Origin: Turneriella sp.
GTDB lineage: Bacteria; Spirochaetota; Leptospiria; Turneriellales; Turneriellaceae
Reading direction: 5' to 3'
Assembly: GCA_965279515.1 (NCBI GenBank)
Contig: CBDIID010000003.1
Span: 384,001 to 448,000 of the forward strand
Length of the DNA stretch: 64,000 nucleotides
Positions 12,583 to 21,774 of this stretch are shown one piece after another; the first letter of the stretch is position 1; every line of letters starts with the position of its first letter. The position numbers and the translations under genes were made by a program. The notes beneath the pieces were generated by a model. It made no database searches, was not told the origin of the DNA, and worked only from the letters and a program-made list of their open reading frames with translations.

Positions 12583-13650
12583 ATGATCAAGAATCCGTTT
12601 AAACAAATCTTAGGCTTTGAAGAATCCCGTAAGGAAACCCTGCCTTTAAACGAGCTCGAAAAAATCCGTCTCGCGGCGCCCAGGGTGCGCGATGCCTTCG
12701 TTGCAACAGGCATGCCCATCGCGGTGCGACAGTTCAGCTGCTCGGTGAGCCCTTACCCGACGGTCTATGGTTTTCATACCGCCTATGACGGAATCTATCC
12801 CTTTCTGTGGTTCAACAACCGCGCGACACTCGTGCAATTTGAAGAGGCCGGAAAACTCAAGAACCTGCTCTTTAATCCGATCTTTCCCGATCTTTCGGCG
12901 CAGGCGCCCTTCTATACCAACCTGCGGCAAAAGGTACCGCAATTTATGGAAGGTTTGCTGGCAAAAATTCATGCCCCTGTCGTCGAGCAGCTGAGAGACT
13001 TTGGTCTCAAGGCCAGCGACATCGACTACCTGAGTTACGATCACCTGCATGTGCAGGATTTACGGCCGCTCATGGGTGTGCGTGACAATAAAGGCGGCTG
13101 GCTCATTGAGCCGATGTTCCCGAACGCGAAATTTATTTTCCCGAACGCCGAATGGGAATGCACGGTTGCGCTGCACCCCTCCGTCTCAGAATGGTATGTG
13201 CCGAATGGGCTCGCGAAAGTTTCTACCGAGAATCTGATTTTGTATGAAGGGGATATCCAGCTCGGGCCGGGTGTCGCCTTCATAGCAACGCCGGGGCACA
13301 CGGCCGGCAACCACAGCCTCTACCTCAATACCAGCCAGGGCACGATGACGTTGAGTGAGAATGGCGTCGGCGCCGATGCCTATTCACCCGAAAACAGCAA
13401 GATCAACTCGGTGCGGCAAAAGGCGCGTGACCGCGGCTGGGAGGTCGTGCTAAACGCGAACACGCTCGATTATCGCCTATCGCAATATAATTCCATGGTA
13501 AAAGAGAAGCTTTTATCGGGGCCTGCGGCCGACCCCGATTATATCAACCACCACCCGACATCGGAATTCACGACATGGTTTGCCGCGCCGGGGCTTAAAC
13601 CGTCGCTCGAGCACGGCGATATAAAGCACGGTAATTTACAGGATAAGTAA
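12583..13650 (+). CDS. Metallo-beta-lactamase-fold protein
   Basis: 'DIDYLSYDHLHVQD', 'FPNAK', 'TPGHTAGN'. Confidence 0.7.
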   Translation: MIKNPFKQILGFEESRKETLPLNELEKIRLAAPRVRDAFVATGMPIAVRQFSCSVSPYPTVYGFHTAYDGIYPFLWFNNRATLVQFEEAGKLKNLLFNPIFPDLSAQAPFYTNLRQKVPQFMEGLLAKIHAPVVEQLRDFGLKASDIDYLSYDHLHVQDLRPLMGVRDNKGGWLIEPMFPNAKFIFPNAEWECTVALHPSVSEWYVPNGLAKVSTENLILYEGDIQLGPGVAFIATPGHTAGNHSLYLNTSQGTMTLSENGVGADAYSPENSKINSVRQKARDRGWEVVLNANTLDYRLSQYNSMVKEKLLSGPAADPDYINHHPTSEFTTWFAAPGLKPSLEHGDIKHGNLQDK

Positions 13651-13655
13651 ACGGG

Positions 13656-14894
13656 TTATCCGAGACCGCCGCGCAGGCGTGTGGCGAGGGCAACACGTTC
13701 GACGGCGATGAGGAATGCCGCGGTGCGCAGGTCGGTTTTTCGCCCCTGCGCCAGTGCGACGACAGCGCGGCAGGCAGCGTTCATTTTCTGCTCCAGCGCG
13801 GTATTGACCTGCTCTTCGCTCCAGCCATAACGCTGCGCATTCTGCACCCATTCAAAATAAGAAACCGTGACGCCGCCGGCATTACAGAGTATGTCGGGAA
13901 TGATCGTGACGCCGCGCTGGCGCAGCAGCTGGTCTGCTTCAGGTGTCAAAGGATGGTTCGCAGCTTCGGCAATAAACCGGGCTTTGACGGCAGCGGCATT
14001 GCCGGCATGGATAACTCCGCCCAGCGCCGCCGGCACCAGCACATCGCATTCGAGGGCGAGAAGTTCGTCATTGCTGACCGGTTCGCCCGCGAATGCGGAT
14101 AACCCCCGTGCGCCGGTGGCATAAGCCTGCATGCCAGCAGCGATCTTCAAGCCATCTTTATGAAAGACGCCGCCTGTGGAATTGCTGACTGCAATGACAT
14201 GCCCGCCGAGCTCTGAAAGAATTTTCGCCATCCAGGCCGCGACATTGCCGAGGCCCTGTATGGCAAATGTTTTTCCATGGATGCCGCCGGCATTCAGGGA
14301 CGCCAGTATTTCGCGGATGGTAAAGACGGCACCCCGCCCGGTGGCGGCGTCGCGCCCGGGCGAGCCGCCGAGTTCCAGGGGTTTTCCCGTCACCACACCC
14401 GGAGCATAACCATGGAGCTTCTCATACTCATCGAGAAACCACGCCATCTCTGCGGCACCCGTGCCGACATCGGGAGCCGGTATATCGCGGTCAGGCCCGA
14501 CAATTTCATGGATGGAACGGACGAAGGCACGCATGAGCCGTTGTTTTTCCCGCGCGGACAGTGCCGCCGGGTTACAGGCGACTGCTCCCTTCGCACCGCC
14601 CAGGGGGATATCCACGACGGCGCATTTCCAGGTCATGAGCGAGGCGAGGCTGCGCACTTCGTCGAGATTGACATCGGGATGAAAACGAATACCGCCCTTG
14701 AAAGGGCCGCGCGAATTGTCGTGCTGAACACGGTATGCGGTAAAAACAGCGGGATCACCTTTGTCATTGGCAATCGCCAGTTTGACCTGTGTCTCGCGCA
14801 CCGGGATGCGCAGCCTCTGTTCGAGAATGGCGTCAAGGCCCGCCAGCGCAAAGGCGTTATCTAAAAAGAAATTGGTCTGCTCAAAGGGCGTCAA
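13656..14894 (-). CDS. gdhA: Glu/Leu/Phe/Val dehydrogenase (glutamate dehydrogenase)
   Basis: RGPFKGGIRF, MTWK, GGAKG, DIPAPD, VTGKP, NAGGVTVSYFEWVQN. Confidence 0.9.
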   Translation of the reverse strand: MTPFEQTNFFLDNAFALAGLDAILEQRLRIPVRETQVKLAIANDKGDPAVFTAYRVQHDNSRGPFKGGIRFHPDVNLDEVRSLASLMTWKCAVVDIPLGGAKGAVACNPAALSAREKQRLMRAFVRSIHEIVGPDRDIPAPDVGTGAAEMAWFLDEYEKLHGYAPGVVTGKPLELGGSPGRDAATGRGAVFTIREILASLNAGGIHGKTFAIQGLGNVAAWMAKILSELGGHVIAVSNSTGGVFHKDGLKIAAGMQAYATGARGLSAFAGEPVSNDELLALECDVLVPAALGGVIHAGNAAAVKARFIAEAANHPLTPEADQLLRQRGVTIIPDILCNAGGVTVSYFEWVQNAQRYGWSEEQVNTALEQKMNAACRAVVALAQGRKTDLRTAAFLIAVERVALATRLRGGLG

Positions 14895-14900
14895 TGGAGG

Positions 14901-15911
14901 TCAAATTACAAAATCCCCGTCAAACGTCTGCACATTGCGTATGCGGTAAAAAACCGCGAGCCCCAGGTTTAATCCCAGTGCCTTACCGGTTTCGTAGGGA
15001 ATCTCGGCTTCGACTACCTGCTGCGTCTTGTCGTCGATGAGCGTCACGCGTGTATAAGGCCCGAGCGGCTGCACGCCTTCGACCTTGGCGCTGAAGTCGG
15101 TCGGAAATTTTTGCACGATATCGACCTCGATTTCATGCGGCCGCACATAACCCTTTCCCTGGATACCTTCGATGCGGCCGTGGAACAGGTTGACATTGCC
15201 CATGAACTGGTAAACAAACGGCGTCTTCGGATTGCGGTAAACATCGTCGGGTGTACCGATCTGCTCGACCTGCCCGCGGTTCAGAATCACCACGCGGTCG
15301 GCGACTTCGAGCGCCTCTTCTTGATCATGCGTCACGAAGATACTCGTGATATGAATTTCATCGTGCAGCTTGCGCAGCCAGCGGCGCAGCTCTTTGCGCA
15401 CCTGTGCATCTAACGCACCAAAGGGTTCGTCGAGTAGCAGTACTTTAGGTTCTACGGCGAGCGCCCTCGCCAGCGCCACGCGCTGCCTTTGGCCGCCCGA
15501 CAGTTGGTGCGGATAGCGGTCTTCGAGATTCGCGAGCTGCACGAGGCCCAAAAGTTTCATCACGCGTTCGCGGATTTCTTCTTTGGAGGGGCGGAATTTT
15601 TTCTTGCGCACTTTGAGACCGAAGGCGACGTTATCAAAAATCGTCATGTGTTTGAAGAGCGCATAGTGCTGGAACACAAAGCCGACATTGCGTTCTTTCG
15701 CCGTCAGCGTCTGCACGTCGGTGCCGTCGAAGCGAATAATGCCGGATTCGGGAAATTCAAGACCTGCAATGATGCGCAAAAGCGTTGTCTTGCCGCAACC
15801 CGATGGCCCCAAGAGCGCCAAAAGCTCGCCGTGTCCCGCTTCGATCGAGACATTGTTCAGGGCTTTGAAATTCTTAAAGGTTTTACTGAGATTTTCTACT
15901 TGTATTTGCAT
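14901..15911 (-). CDS. cysA: Sulfate/thiosulfate ABC transporter ATP-binding protein
   Basis: [39 protein letters not shown]-like tail; follows cysW. Confidence 0.93.
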   Translation of the reverse strand: MQIQVENLSKTFKNFKALNNVSIEAGHGELLALLGPSGCGKTTLLRIIAGLEFPESGIIRFDGTDVQTLTAKERNVGFVFQHYALFKHMTIFDNVAFGLKVRKKKFRPSKEEIRERVMKLLGLVQLANLEDRYPHQLSGGQRQRVALARALAVEPKVLLLDEPFGALDAQVRKELRRWLRKLHDEIHITSIFVTHDQEEALEVADRVVILNRGQVEQIGTPDDVYRNPKTPFVYQFMGNVNLFHGRIEGIQGKGYVRPHEIEVDIVQKFPTDFSAKVEGVQPLGPYTRVTLIDDKTQQVVEAEIPYETGKALGLNLGLAVFYRIRNVQTFDGDFVI

Positions 15912-15931
15912 GCGAAGTTTCCGTTTCTTTT

Positions 15932-16019
15932 TTAAACCGCAAAGTACGCTGAGGTACGCTGAGTATTTGCGGCAAACGCTGTGCCTTTCTTTGCGTCACT
16001 CTGCGCCCTCTGCGGTTAA
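15932..16019. repeat. REP-like palindromic element overlapping the cysW stop codon
   Basis: ttaaaccgcaaag-tacgctgag-gtacgctgag ... ctttgcg-tcactctgcg-ccctctgcggttaa: imperfect inverted arms with internal tandem units. Confidence 0.7.
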
Positions 16020-16850
16020 TTTTTGTGACAGCTTTGCCTTGAGTTCAACCAGTGTTTTGACCATCAGCGTCGCGAGAGCCAGAAACGCCAAAAGCGACGC
16101 GACAGCAAACGCCGCCGTAAAATTATATTCATTGTAGAGGATTTCCACGTGCAGGGGCATGGTATTCGTTTCGCCGCGGATATGCCCCGAGACCACGGAG
16201 ACCGCGCCGAACTCACCCATCGCGCGCGCATTGCATAAAATTACGCCGTAAATGAGCCCCCATTTGATGTTAGGCAGGGTCACCATGAAAAACATCCGCA
16301 GCGGCGATGCGCCCAGCATCAGCGCCGCTTCTTCTTCACTCTTGCCCTGCTCTTCCATGAGCGGTATGAGTTCACGCGCCACAAAGGGAAATGTCACAAA
16401 GACGGTTGCGAGTACGATGCCCGGTATCGCAAAGATAATCTTGATACCGGCGCCAGAAAGTGCCCCGCCGAGCCAGCCCTGCAAACCGAAAATAAGCACA
16501 TAGATAAGCCCTGAAATCACCGGTGAAATCGCAAAGGGCAAATCGATGAGCGAGACGAGAAAACTCTTGCCCCAGAAATCAAATTTTGCCACGGCGTACG
16601 CGGCCACGACTCCAAACACGAGGTTCAGCGGCACCGAAATGCCCGCGGCAATCAATGTCAGTTTAATTGCCTCCCATGTTACCGGATCCGCGAGAGATTC
16701 GACATAATACCCCCAACCTTTGTTAAAAGCCTGTGTGAAAATTTCGTAAAGCGGCAAAACTAAAAGCAGCGTTAGAAATCCTACGGCGAAGCCGATGAAA
16801 GTAATTTTGAGCCAGAGTGGATCCTGAATTTGTGCGCTTGTCTTCTTCAT
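15996..16850 (-). CDS. cysW: Sulfate ABC transporter permease CysW
   Basis: DLPFAISPVISG, FPFVARELIP, EEEAA..LGA, ARAMGEFGAVSVVSG. Confidence 0.95.
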   Translation of the reverse strand: MKKTSAQIQDPLWLKITFIGFAVGFLTLLLVLPLYEIFTQAFNKGWGYYVESLADPVTWEAIKLTLIAAGISVPLNLVFGVVAAYAVAKFDFWGKSFLVSLIDLPFAISPVISGLIYVLIFGLQGWLGGALSGAGIKIIFAIPGIVLATVFVTFPFVARELIPLMEEQGKSEEEAALMLGASPLRMFFMVTLPNIKWGLIYGVILCNARAMGEFGAVSVVSGHIRGETNTMPLHVEILYNEYNFTAAFAVASLLAFLALATLMVKTLVELKAKLSQKLTAEGAE

Positions 16851-17671
16851 GTAACCTTTCTCTTCTGGCGTATCTGCAAATAGTTCAGGATGAGGAGCAG
16901 CGCAAAGGAAATCATCAGCATCACAGCCGCCACCGCCGTCGCGCCCTGCACATTGTGCTGCTCGAGTTTGGTGATGATGATGAGCGGCGTGATTTCACTT
17001 TTGAACGGAATATTGCCAGCAATAAAGATCACGCTGCCGTACTCACCCAGCGCGCGGGAGAACGCCATGATCGTACCTGAAAACAGCGCGGGTAATAGCG
17101 ATGGTAAGATGACGCGGGTGATCGTCTGCCAGCGCGTTGCTCCCAAACTCGCCGCAGCCTCTTCGACTTCTTTTTCAAAGTCTTCTAGCACGGGCTGTAC
17201 CGAACGCACGACGAAAGGCAGACCGATAAAAGTCAGTGCAATTGTGATGCCGATGGGGTTATAGGCGGCCTTGATGCCAGCCTTCATGAGTGGCGCGCCT
17301 AAAATACCGTTCTCTGCATAGACGGTGGAAAGCGCGATACCGGCAACGGCTGTCGGCAATGCGAACGGGAGATCGACTAATGTGTCGAGCAGGCGTTTGC
17401 CCCAAAAAGTATACCGCGTCAGCACCCAGGCTATCACGAAACCGGCAAAGAGGTTGATCATCGCCGCGATAAATGCCGTCAAAAAACTCAAACGTAAGGA
17501 GATGAGGGTACGTTCTGAAAAGGCATGCTCGGCAAAATCAGCCCAGCCCAAAGAAAAACTCTTCGCAAACATCGCACCGAGTGGAATTAATACAATAACG
17601 GCGAGATAAATTACCGTGTAGGTAGAGGTTATCTTAAAACCAGGTAGGATGGATTTTTCGCGGAAAGTCAA
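16847..17671 (-). CDS. cysT: Sulfate ABC transporter permease CysT (start re-called at TTG 17671)
   Basis: SILPGF N-terminus, DLPFALPTAVAG, EEAAASLGA, RALGEYGSVIFIAGN; the longer ORF start lies inside a repeat. Confidence 0.93.
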   Translation of the reverse strand: MTFREKSILPGFKITSTYTVIYLAVIVLIPLGAMFAKSFSLGWADFAEHAFSERTLISLRLSFLTAFIAAMINLFAGFVIAWVLTRYTFWGKRLLDTLVDLPFALPTAVAGIALSTVYAENGILGAPLMKAGIKAAYNPIGITIALTFIGLPFVVRSVQPVLEDFEKEVEEAAASLGATRWQTITRVILPSLLPALFSGTIMAFSRALGEYGSVIFIAGNIPFKSEITPLIIITKLEQHNVQGATAVAAVMLMISFALLLILNYLQIRQKRKVT

Positions 17672-17778
17672 ACCCCACCCCCTAACCCCCTCCCCATTAC
17701 ATGGAGAGGGGGAAAAAGAAGTTCCCCAAACCCCTCTCCACATCGTGGGGAGGGGTGGCCGTAGGCCGGGGTGGGGTT
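17671..17778. repeat. G/C-rich REP-like double-hairpin element filling the sbp-cysT gap
   Basis: Terminal IR aaccccacccc (17671-17681)/ggggtggggtt (17768-17778) enclosing two hairpins, cccctcccca..tggagagggg and cccctctcca..tggggagggg. Confidence 0.8.
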
Positions 17779-18811
17779 AGCGACGATAGACCTGATCAAA
17801 CAGCCCTCCGTCGGCAAAATGTTCTTTGTTCGCTTTATCCCAGCCGCCGAAGGTCGCATCGACCGTGACGAGCCGTACCGGCTTCACGTGCGCATAGTGT
17901 TTGGCGATATCGGTCTTGCGGGGACGGAAAAAATTCTTGCCGGCCAGATTTTGCCCTGCGTCGGAATACAGGTATTGCAGGTAGGCGGCGGCGATTTCCT
18001 GATTGCCTTTTTTAATAGCGTTGCCTTCCATGAGGGCGACGCTCGGTTCGGCGAGAATGCTGAGCGATGGAATAACAATTTCAAACTGCCCGCCCAACTC
18101 CTTTACCGCGAGGTAGGCTTCGTTTTCCCAGGCAATCAGCACATCGCCGAGTTTGCGCTGCGTGAAGGTTGTCGTCGCACCGCGGGCACCGGCATCCAGC
18201 ACGGCCACGTTCTTATATAAAGCACGCAGAAATTCTTTTCCACGCGCAGCCGCGCTGCCGCCATCTTCCGGGTGCCCCGGAACTCCGCGCGGCCCAGTGC
18301 CTCGTGCACCGTGGGCATACGCCGCGAGATGGTTCCAACGCGCACCGCCCGAGGTTTTCGGGTTGGGTGTAATCACTGAAACGCCGGCTTTTATGAGGTC
18401 ATCCCAATCCTTAATATTTTTAGGATTTCCCTTACGAACCAAAAATACGATCGTTGAGGTATAGGGCGCACTGTTATCGGGCAGCCTCTTCTGCCAGTCG
18501 CTGGGTGCAATCTTCGCTTCGCGCGCAATGGCGTCGATATCTGAAGAGAGCGCCAGCGTGACAACGTCGGCAGCCAGACCGTCGATCACGGAACGCGCCT
18601 GTTTGCCGCTGCCGCCATGCGACATATGGAAACGTACTTCGTCTTGCGGGTGAGTTGTTTTCCAGTGTTTGAGGAATGCTTCATTATACTCGCGGTAGAA
18701 TTCGCGCGTGGGATCATAAGAGACGTTCATGAGCTCGCGCGTCGCCTTTTTACCGCCGCAGGCAGTCAGGGCAGCGATGAACAGAATAAACTTTAACGGA
18801 CTTTTTTTCAT
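17777..18811 (-). CDS. sbp: Sulfate-binding protein, lipoprotein paralog (Sbp2)
   Basis: LTAC lipobox; [33 protein letters not shown]. Confidence 0.93.
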   Translation of the reverse strand: MKKSPLKFILFIAALTACGGKKATRELMNVSYDPTREFYREYNEAFLKHWKTTHPQDEVRFHMSHGGSGKQARSVIDGLAADVVTLALSSDIDAIAREAKIAPSDWQKRLPDNSAPYTSTIVFLVRKGNPKNIKDWDDLIKAGVSVITPNPKTSGGARWNHLAAYAHGARGTGPRGVPGHPEDGGSAAARGKEFLRALYKNVAVLDAGARGATTTFTQRKLGDVLIAWENEAYLAVKELGGQFEIVIPSLSILAEPSVALMEGNAIKKGNQEIAAAYLQYLYSDAGQNLAGKNFFRPRKTDIAKHYAHVKPVRLVTVDATFGGWDKANKEHFADGGLFDQVYRR

Positions 18812-18856
18812 TATAACGACCGACGAATTCGAGAATTCAGACACTCCGTCAATGAC

Positions 18857-19031
18857 GGTAACTTTGAGGGCATGCCGTCCCCGGTCTTAGCAAAACCGGG
18901 AGCAGCGAAGCGCTTTAGTCGCTGACCAAGAGGTCCACGACCTATTGGCAGTCGTTTGTCTTCAAACAACGCGAACCGTCTTCGGGTCTCCGCTTCGGAG
19001 GCTCCCGGTTTTGCCATGCCCTCAAATTACC
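18857..19031. repeat. Highly structured 175-bp intergenic element (MITE-like or structured RNA)
   Basis: Nested IRs ggtaactttgagggcatg/catgccctcaaattacc, gcaaaaccgggagc/gctcccggttttgc, cgaagcg/cgcttcg, plus three inner hairpins. Confidence 0.75.
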
Positions 19032-19037
19032 AGAGCA

Positions 19038-20036
19038 CTATTTCCGGTAGATCTGGTCGAAGGTGCCCCCGTCGGCAAAGTGTGTTTTTGCCGCGTTTTT
19101 CCATCCACCGAAAACACCGTCTACCGTAATCAGTTTGAGGTTCTTGAAGTGGTTGAAACGCGCCGCCGCCTTGGGGTTACGCGGGCGGTAATAGTGTTTC
19201 GCCGCGATATTCTGCCCCTCGGGTGATTCGAGATAGTCGAGGTAAGCTTTCGCGATTTCGGCATTCCCCTTGCGGTTCGCATTGACATCCACTACAGATA
19301 CCGACGGTTCTGCGAGGATACTGAAGGACGGAATCACCACATCGTACTGATCAGGGCCGAGCTCCTTAATCGCGAGAAAGGCCTCGTTTTCCCAGGCGAT
19401 ATAGACGTCGCCAATCTTGCGCTGCGTGAAGGTCGTCGTCGCGCCGCGCGCACCGGTATCGAGCACGGCGACGTTTTTATAGATCGCCGTCACGAATTCC
19501 TTCGGATCCTTTTTTTTATCCAGCGCGTAACCCCATGCCGCCAGGTAATTCCACTGCGCGCCGCCCGAGGTTTTTGGGTTCGGGGTAATGACCGACACGC
19601 CGGGCTTGCCCAGGTCGTCCCAGTCCTTAATCCCCTTAGGATTTCCCTTACGCACTAGAAACACAATCGTCGACGTATAGGGTGCGCTGTTGTTTGGCCG
19701 GCGCTTCTGCCAGTCTTCAGGCAAAAGTTTTGCTTTCTCGGCGATCACGCTGACGTCGTTCGCCAGGGCGAGTGTCACCACATCGGCGTCGAGGCCGTCG
19801 ACAACCGAACGGGCTTGTTTGCCGCTACCGCCATGCGATTGCCGGAACTTAACGTTATCCTGCGGATGCGTCGCTTTCCAGTGGCGGGCAAACGCCGCAT
19901 TAAATTCTCGGTAAAGTTCGCGTGTCGGGTCATACGAGACATTGAGCAGCTCGTAGTCTTTCGCCGCAACCTCGCCGCCGACAAGGGCGGTCAGGATGGT
20001 GGCGAGGTAAATAATTTTCAGATTTTTCACTTTCAT
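19038..20036 (-). CDS. sbp: Sulfate-binding protein, periplasmic paralog (Sbp1); start ATG 20036 or GTG 20030
   Basis: Same Sbp motifs; signal peptide without Cys; AAGGAG upstream. Confidence 0.93.
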   Translation of the reverse strand: MKVKNLKIIYLATILTALVGGEVAAKDYELLNVSYDPTRELYREFNAAFARHWKATHPQDNVKFRQSHGGSGKQARSVVDGLDADVVTLALANDVSVIAEKAKLLPEDWQKRRPNNSAPYTSTIVFLVRKGNPKGIKDWDDLGKPGVSVITPNPKTSGGAQWNYLAAWGYALDKKKDPKEFVTAIYKNVAVLDTGARGATTTFTQRKIGDVYIAWENEAFLAIKELGPDQYDVVIPSFSILAEPSVSVVDVNANRKGNAEIAKAYLDYLESPEGQNIAAKHYYRPRNPKAAARFNHFKNLKLITVDGVFGGWKNAAKTHFADGGTFDQIYRK

Positions 20037-20056
20037 CTCCTTCAGTATATTGGCAA

Positions 20057-21649
20057 TCAATCAAAAAGCAGGGCGGAAAGCTCGAGATACGCGAAATGCG
20101 AATCACCCGGGCGTTTGAATTTTTCGGTGTAGGCCCCTGCCTTGAAATAGGCGTAACCGATATTCACCTTCAGGTGTGGGAACGGATAGCGAATACGAAT
20201 GTTGTACTCTTCACCGAATTTGCTGTCGGTGTTGGCGTTGCCCGCAGCTGTGGCATTGCTCAGGATGCCGGCATTGTTCCAGCGATCTTTCGGGCTCGCT
20301 GCCCAATACCAGACATAAGCAGTATCGATCTTGAGTTTTTCGATCGGTTCAAACTCGAGAATAACCTTCGGTGTTTCGAGGTTTTCTAACTGGAAATAGT
20401 CGTTCGCGGACCAGGGCCTCGCGAACCCATAAAGCCTTTCGAAGCGGTTCTGTGTATTGTCGGTACGGTCAAGGTCGCCTGAAATGAAGGCATAGAAACC
20501 AGCAAGGCGGGGTTTCCACGAATGCTTGAAGGTGTAACCGACTTCTGCCGTGGTATAAAATGCATCCTGTTTGCGTTCGACGGCGTTAGCACCCAGCTGG
20601 TCTACACCAAATTGTTTGGTATAAGAGAAGTCATAGTCAAAGCCGGATTTACCAAGCACGGCGTATACACGACCACCCACGGTATGAATGTCTCTGAACG
20701 AACGCGCACCAGCGTCGCTTGTGGGATACCAATCCAGCCTGGCCGGCTGATTATCCTGGTTAAGACCGAAATAGTAAGGCTGAATCGTCACCCATTGCGA
20801 CCATTCACGCACATTAAGCACCGCGCCATAAAACCACTGCTGGCCGATGGGTTGATCAATTTTCTCAATCTCGCGGATTAATGGTTGAGCGCCAATCAGG
20901 TTCAGATCCCAGTTGTTTTCTTTTTTTCCGATGGAGATCCAACCACCCTGAAAGGTGTTCGTCGTGTTGCGCCATTCGTTGAGACCCACGAGACGGCGAT
21001 CGGTCAGCTCGAGCGCATAACGCCCGCCGCGCACCGTGAGTGGGCGATTGTAGCCAAAAAAGTTTTTAAAGTGTAACTCGGCGTAGGCCTGAATGGGCTC
21101 TAAATAATTGAAATCCCGTGTATCCGCCGCAGTTGCGATCGGTGTGCGGCGCGAATCCTGTACTTCACCAACCAACCGAAACCAATCAAATTCGAGTTTT
21201 AGGAATGCCCGCGTCTTGAACAGTACAGGGGTTTCCTGTATTGCGGGGTTACCGGTTGGCCCTTGAGGATTTACAGGGCTATTCGCCCGACGAAAGTCGT
21301 TTTGACGAATTTCACCGCGGGTGCGCTGTTCGATACCAAAGATGATCCAGTCGATGTTCTTAAAGACACCGATACCGGTTTCACTGAGTCGCTTCGCGTA
21401 AGCGGGTTGCGTGCTATCGATGGGTTCTGTACCATAACTCGGTGAACGGACATAATAGCTGTCCTTTACTTCTGTGGTTGCTGCCTTTTTATCGGCTTCG
21501 CTGACTTCCGGTGGAATGGACTCGTCGTCTTTTACGGCTTTCTCTGCCGCTTCTGCTGGTTTTGCCTTCTTCGGCGCCGCAAATAACGGGCTTGCAAAGA
21601 CCGCTCCTGCGACAGCGAAGAAGAAAACTTTCTTAATAATCGTTTTCAT
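20057..21649 (-). CDS. Alginate-export-family outer-membrane beta-barrel (probable sulfate/anion porin)
   Basis: Signal peptide; 'QDSR', 'IQAY', '[16 protein letters not shown]', 'SGD......RFERLYG'; first gene of sbp-cysTWA run. Confidence 0.75.
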   Translation of the reverse strand: MKTIIKKVFFFAVAGAVFASPLFAAPKKAKPAEAAEKAVKDDESIPPEVSEADKKAATTEVKDSYYVRSPSYGTEPIDSTQPAYAKRLSETGIGVFKNIDWIIFGIEQRTRGEIRQNDFRRANSPVNPQGPTGNPAIQETPVLFKTRAFLKLEFDWFRLVGEVQDSRRTPIATAADTRDFNYLEPIQAYAELHFKNFFGYNRPLTVRGGRYALELTDRRLVGLNEWRNTTNTFQGGWISIGKKENNWDLNLIGAQPLIREIEKIDQPIGQQWFYGAVLNVREWSQWVTIQPYYFGLNQDNQPARLDWYPTSDAGARSFRDIHTVGGRVYAVLGKSGFDYDFSYTKQFGVDQLGANAVERKQDAFYTTAEVGYTFKHSWKPRLAGFYAFISGDLDRTDNTQNRFERLYGFARPWSANDYFQLENLETPKVILEFEPIEKLKIDTAYVWYWAASPKDRWNNAGILSNATAAGNANTDSKFGEEYNIRIRYPFPHLKVNIGYAYFKAGAYTEKFKRPGDSHFAYLELSALLFD

Positions 21650-21663
21650 TTTTTATCTCCCTT

Positions 21664-21715
21664 TGCACACGAGGTGCATGGAATGCGGCGCACATGGATG
21701 TGCATTGCCGCATTC
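21664..21715 (-). promoter_or_regulatory. Two stem-loops immediately upstream of the porin RBS
   Basis: gaatgcggc-gcacat-gg-atgtgc-att-gccgcattc (21681-21715) and tgcac-acgag-gtgca (21664-21678); RBS GGGAG at 21657-21661. Confidence 0.55.
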
Positions 21716-21774
21716 TTAGTTTTAATCCCCGCTATCTAAACAAAACTTTGTTTCGCTTCAGATGCGCAGGGATA

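Noticed and set aside
18811..19017. 68-aa ORF MAKPGASEAET...
   Set aside because: Lies mostly within the palindromic element; no coding evidence
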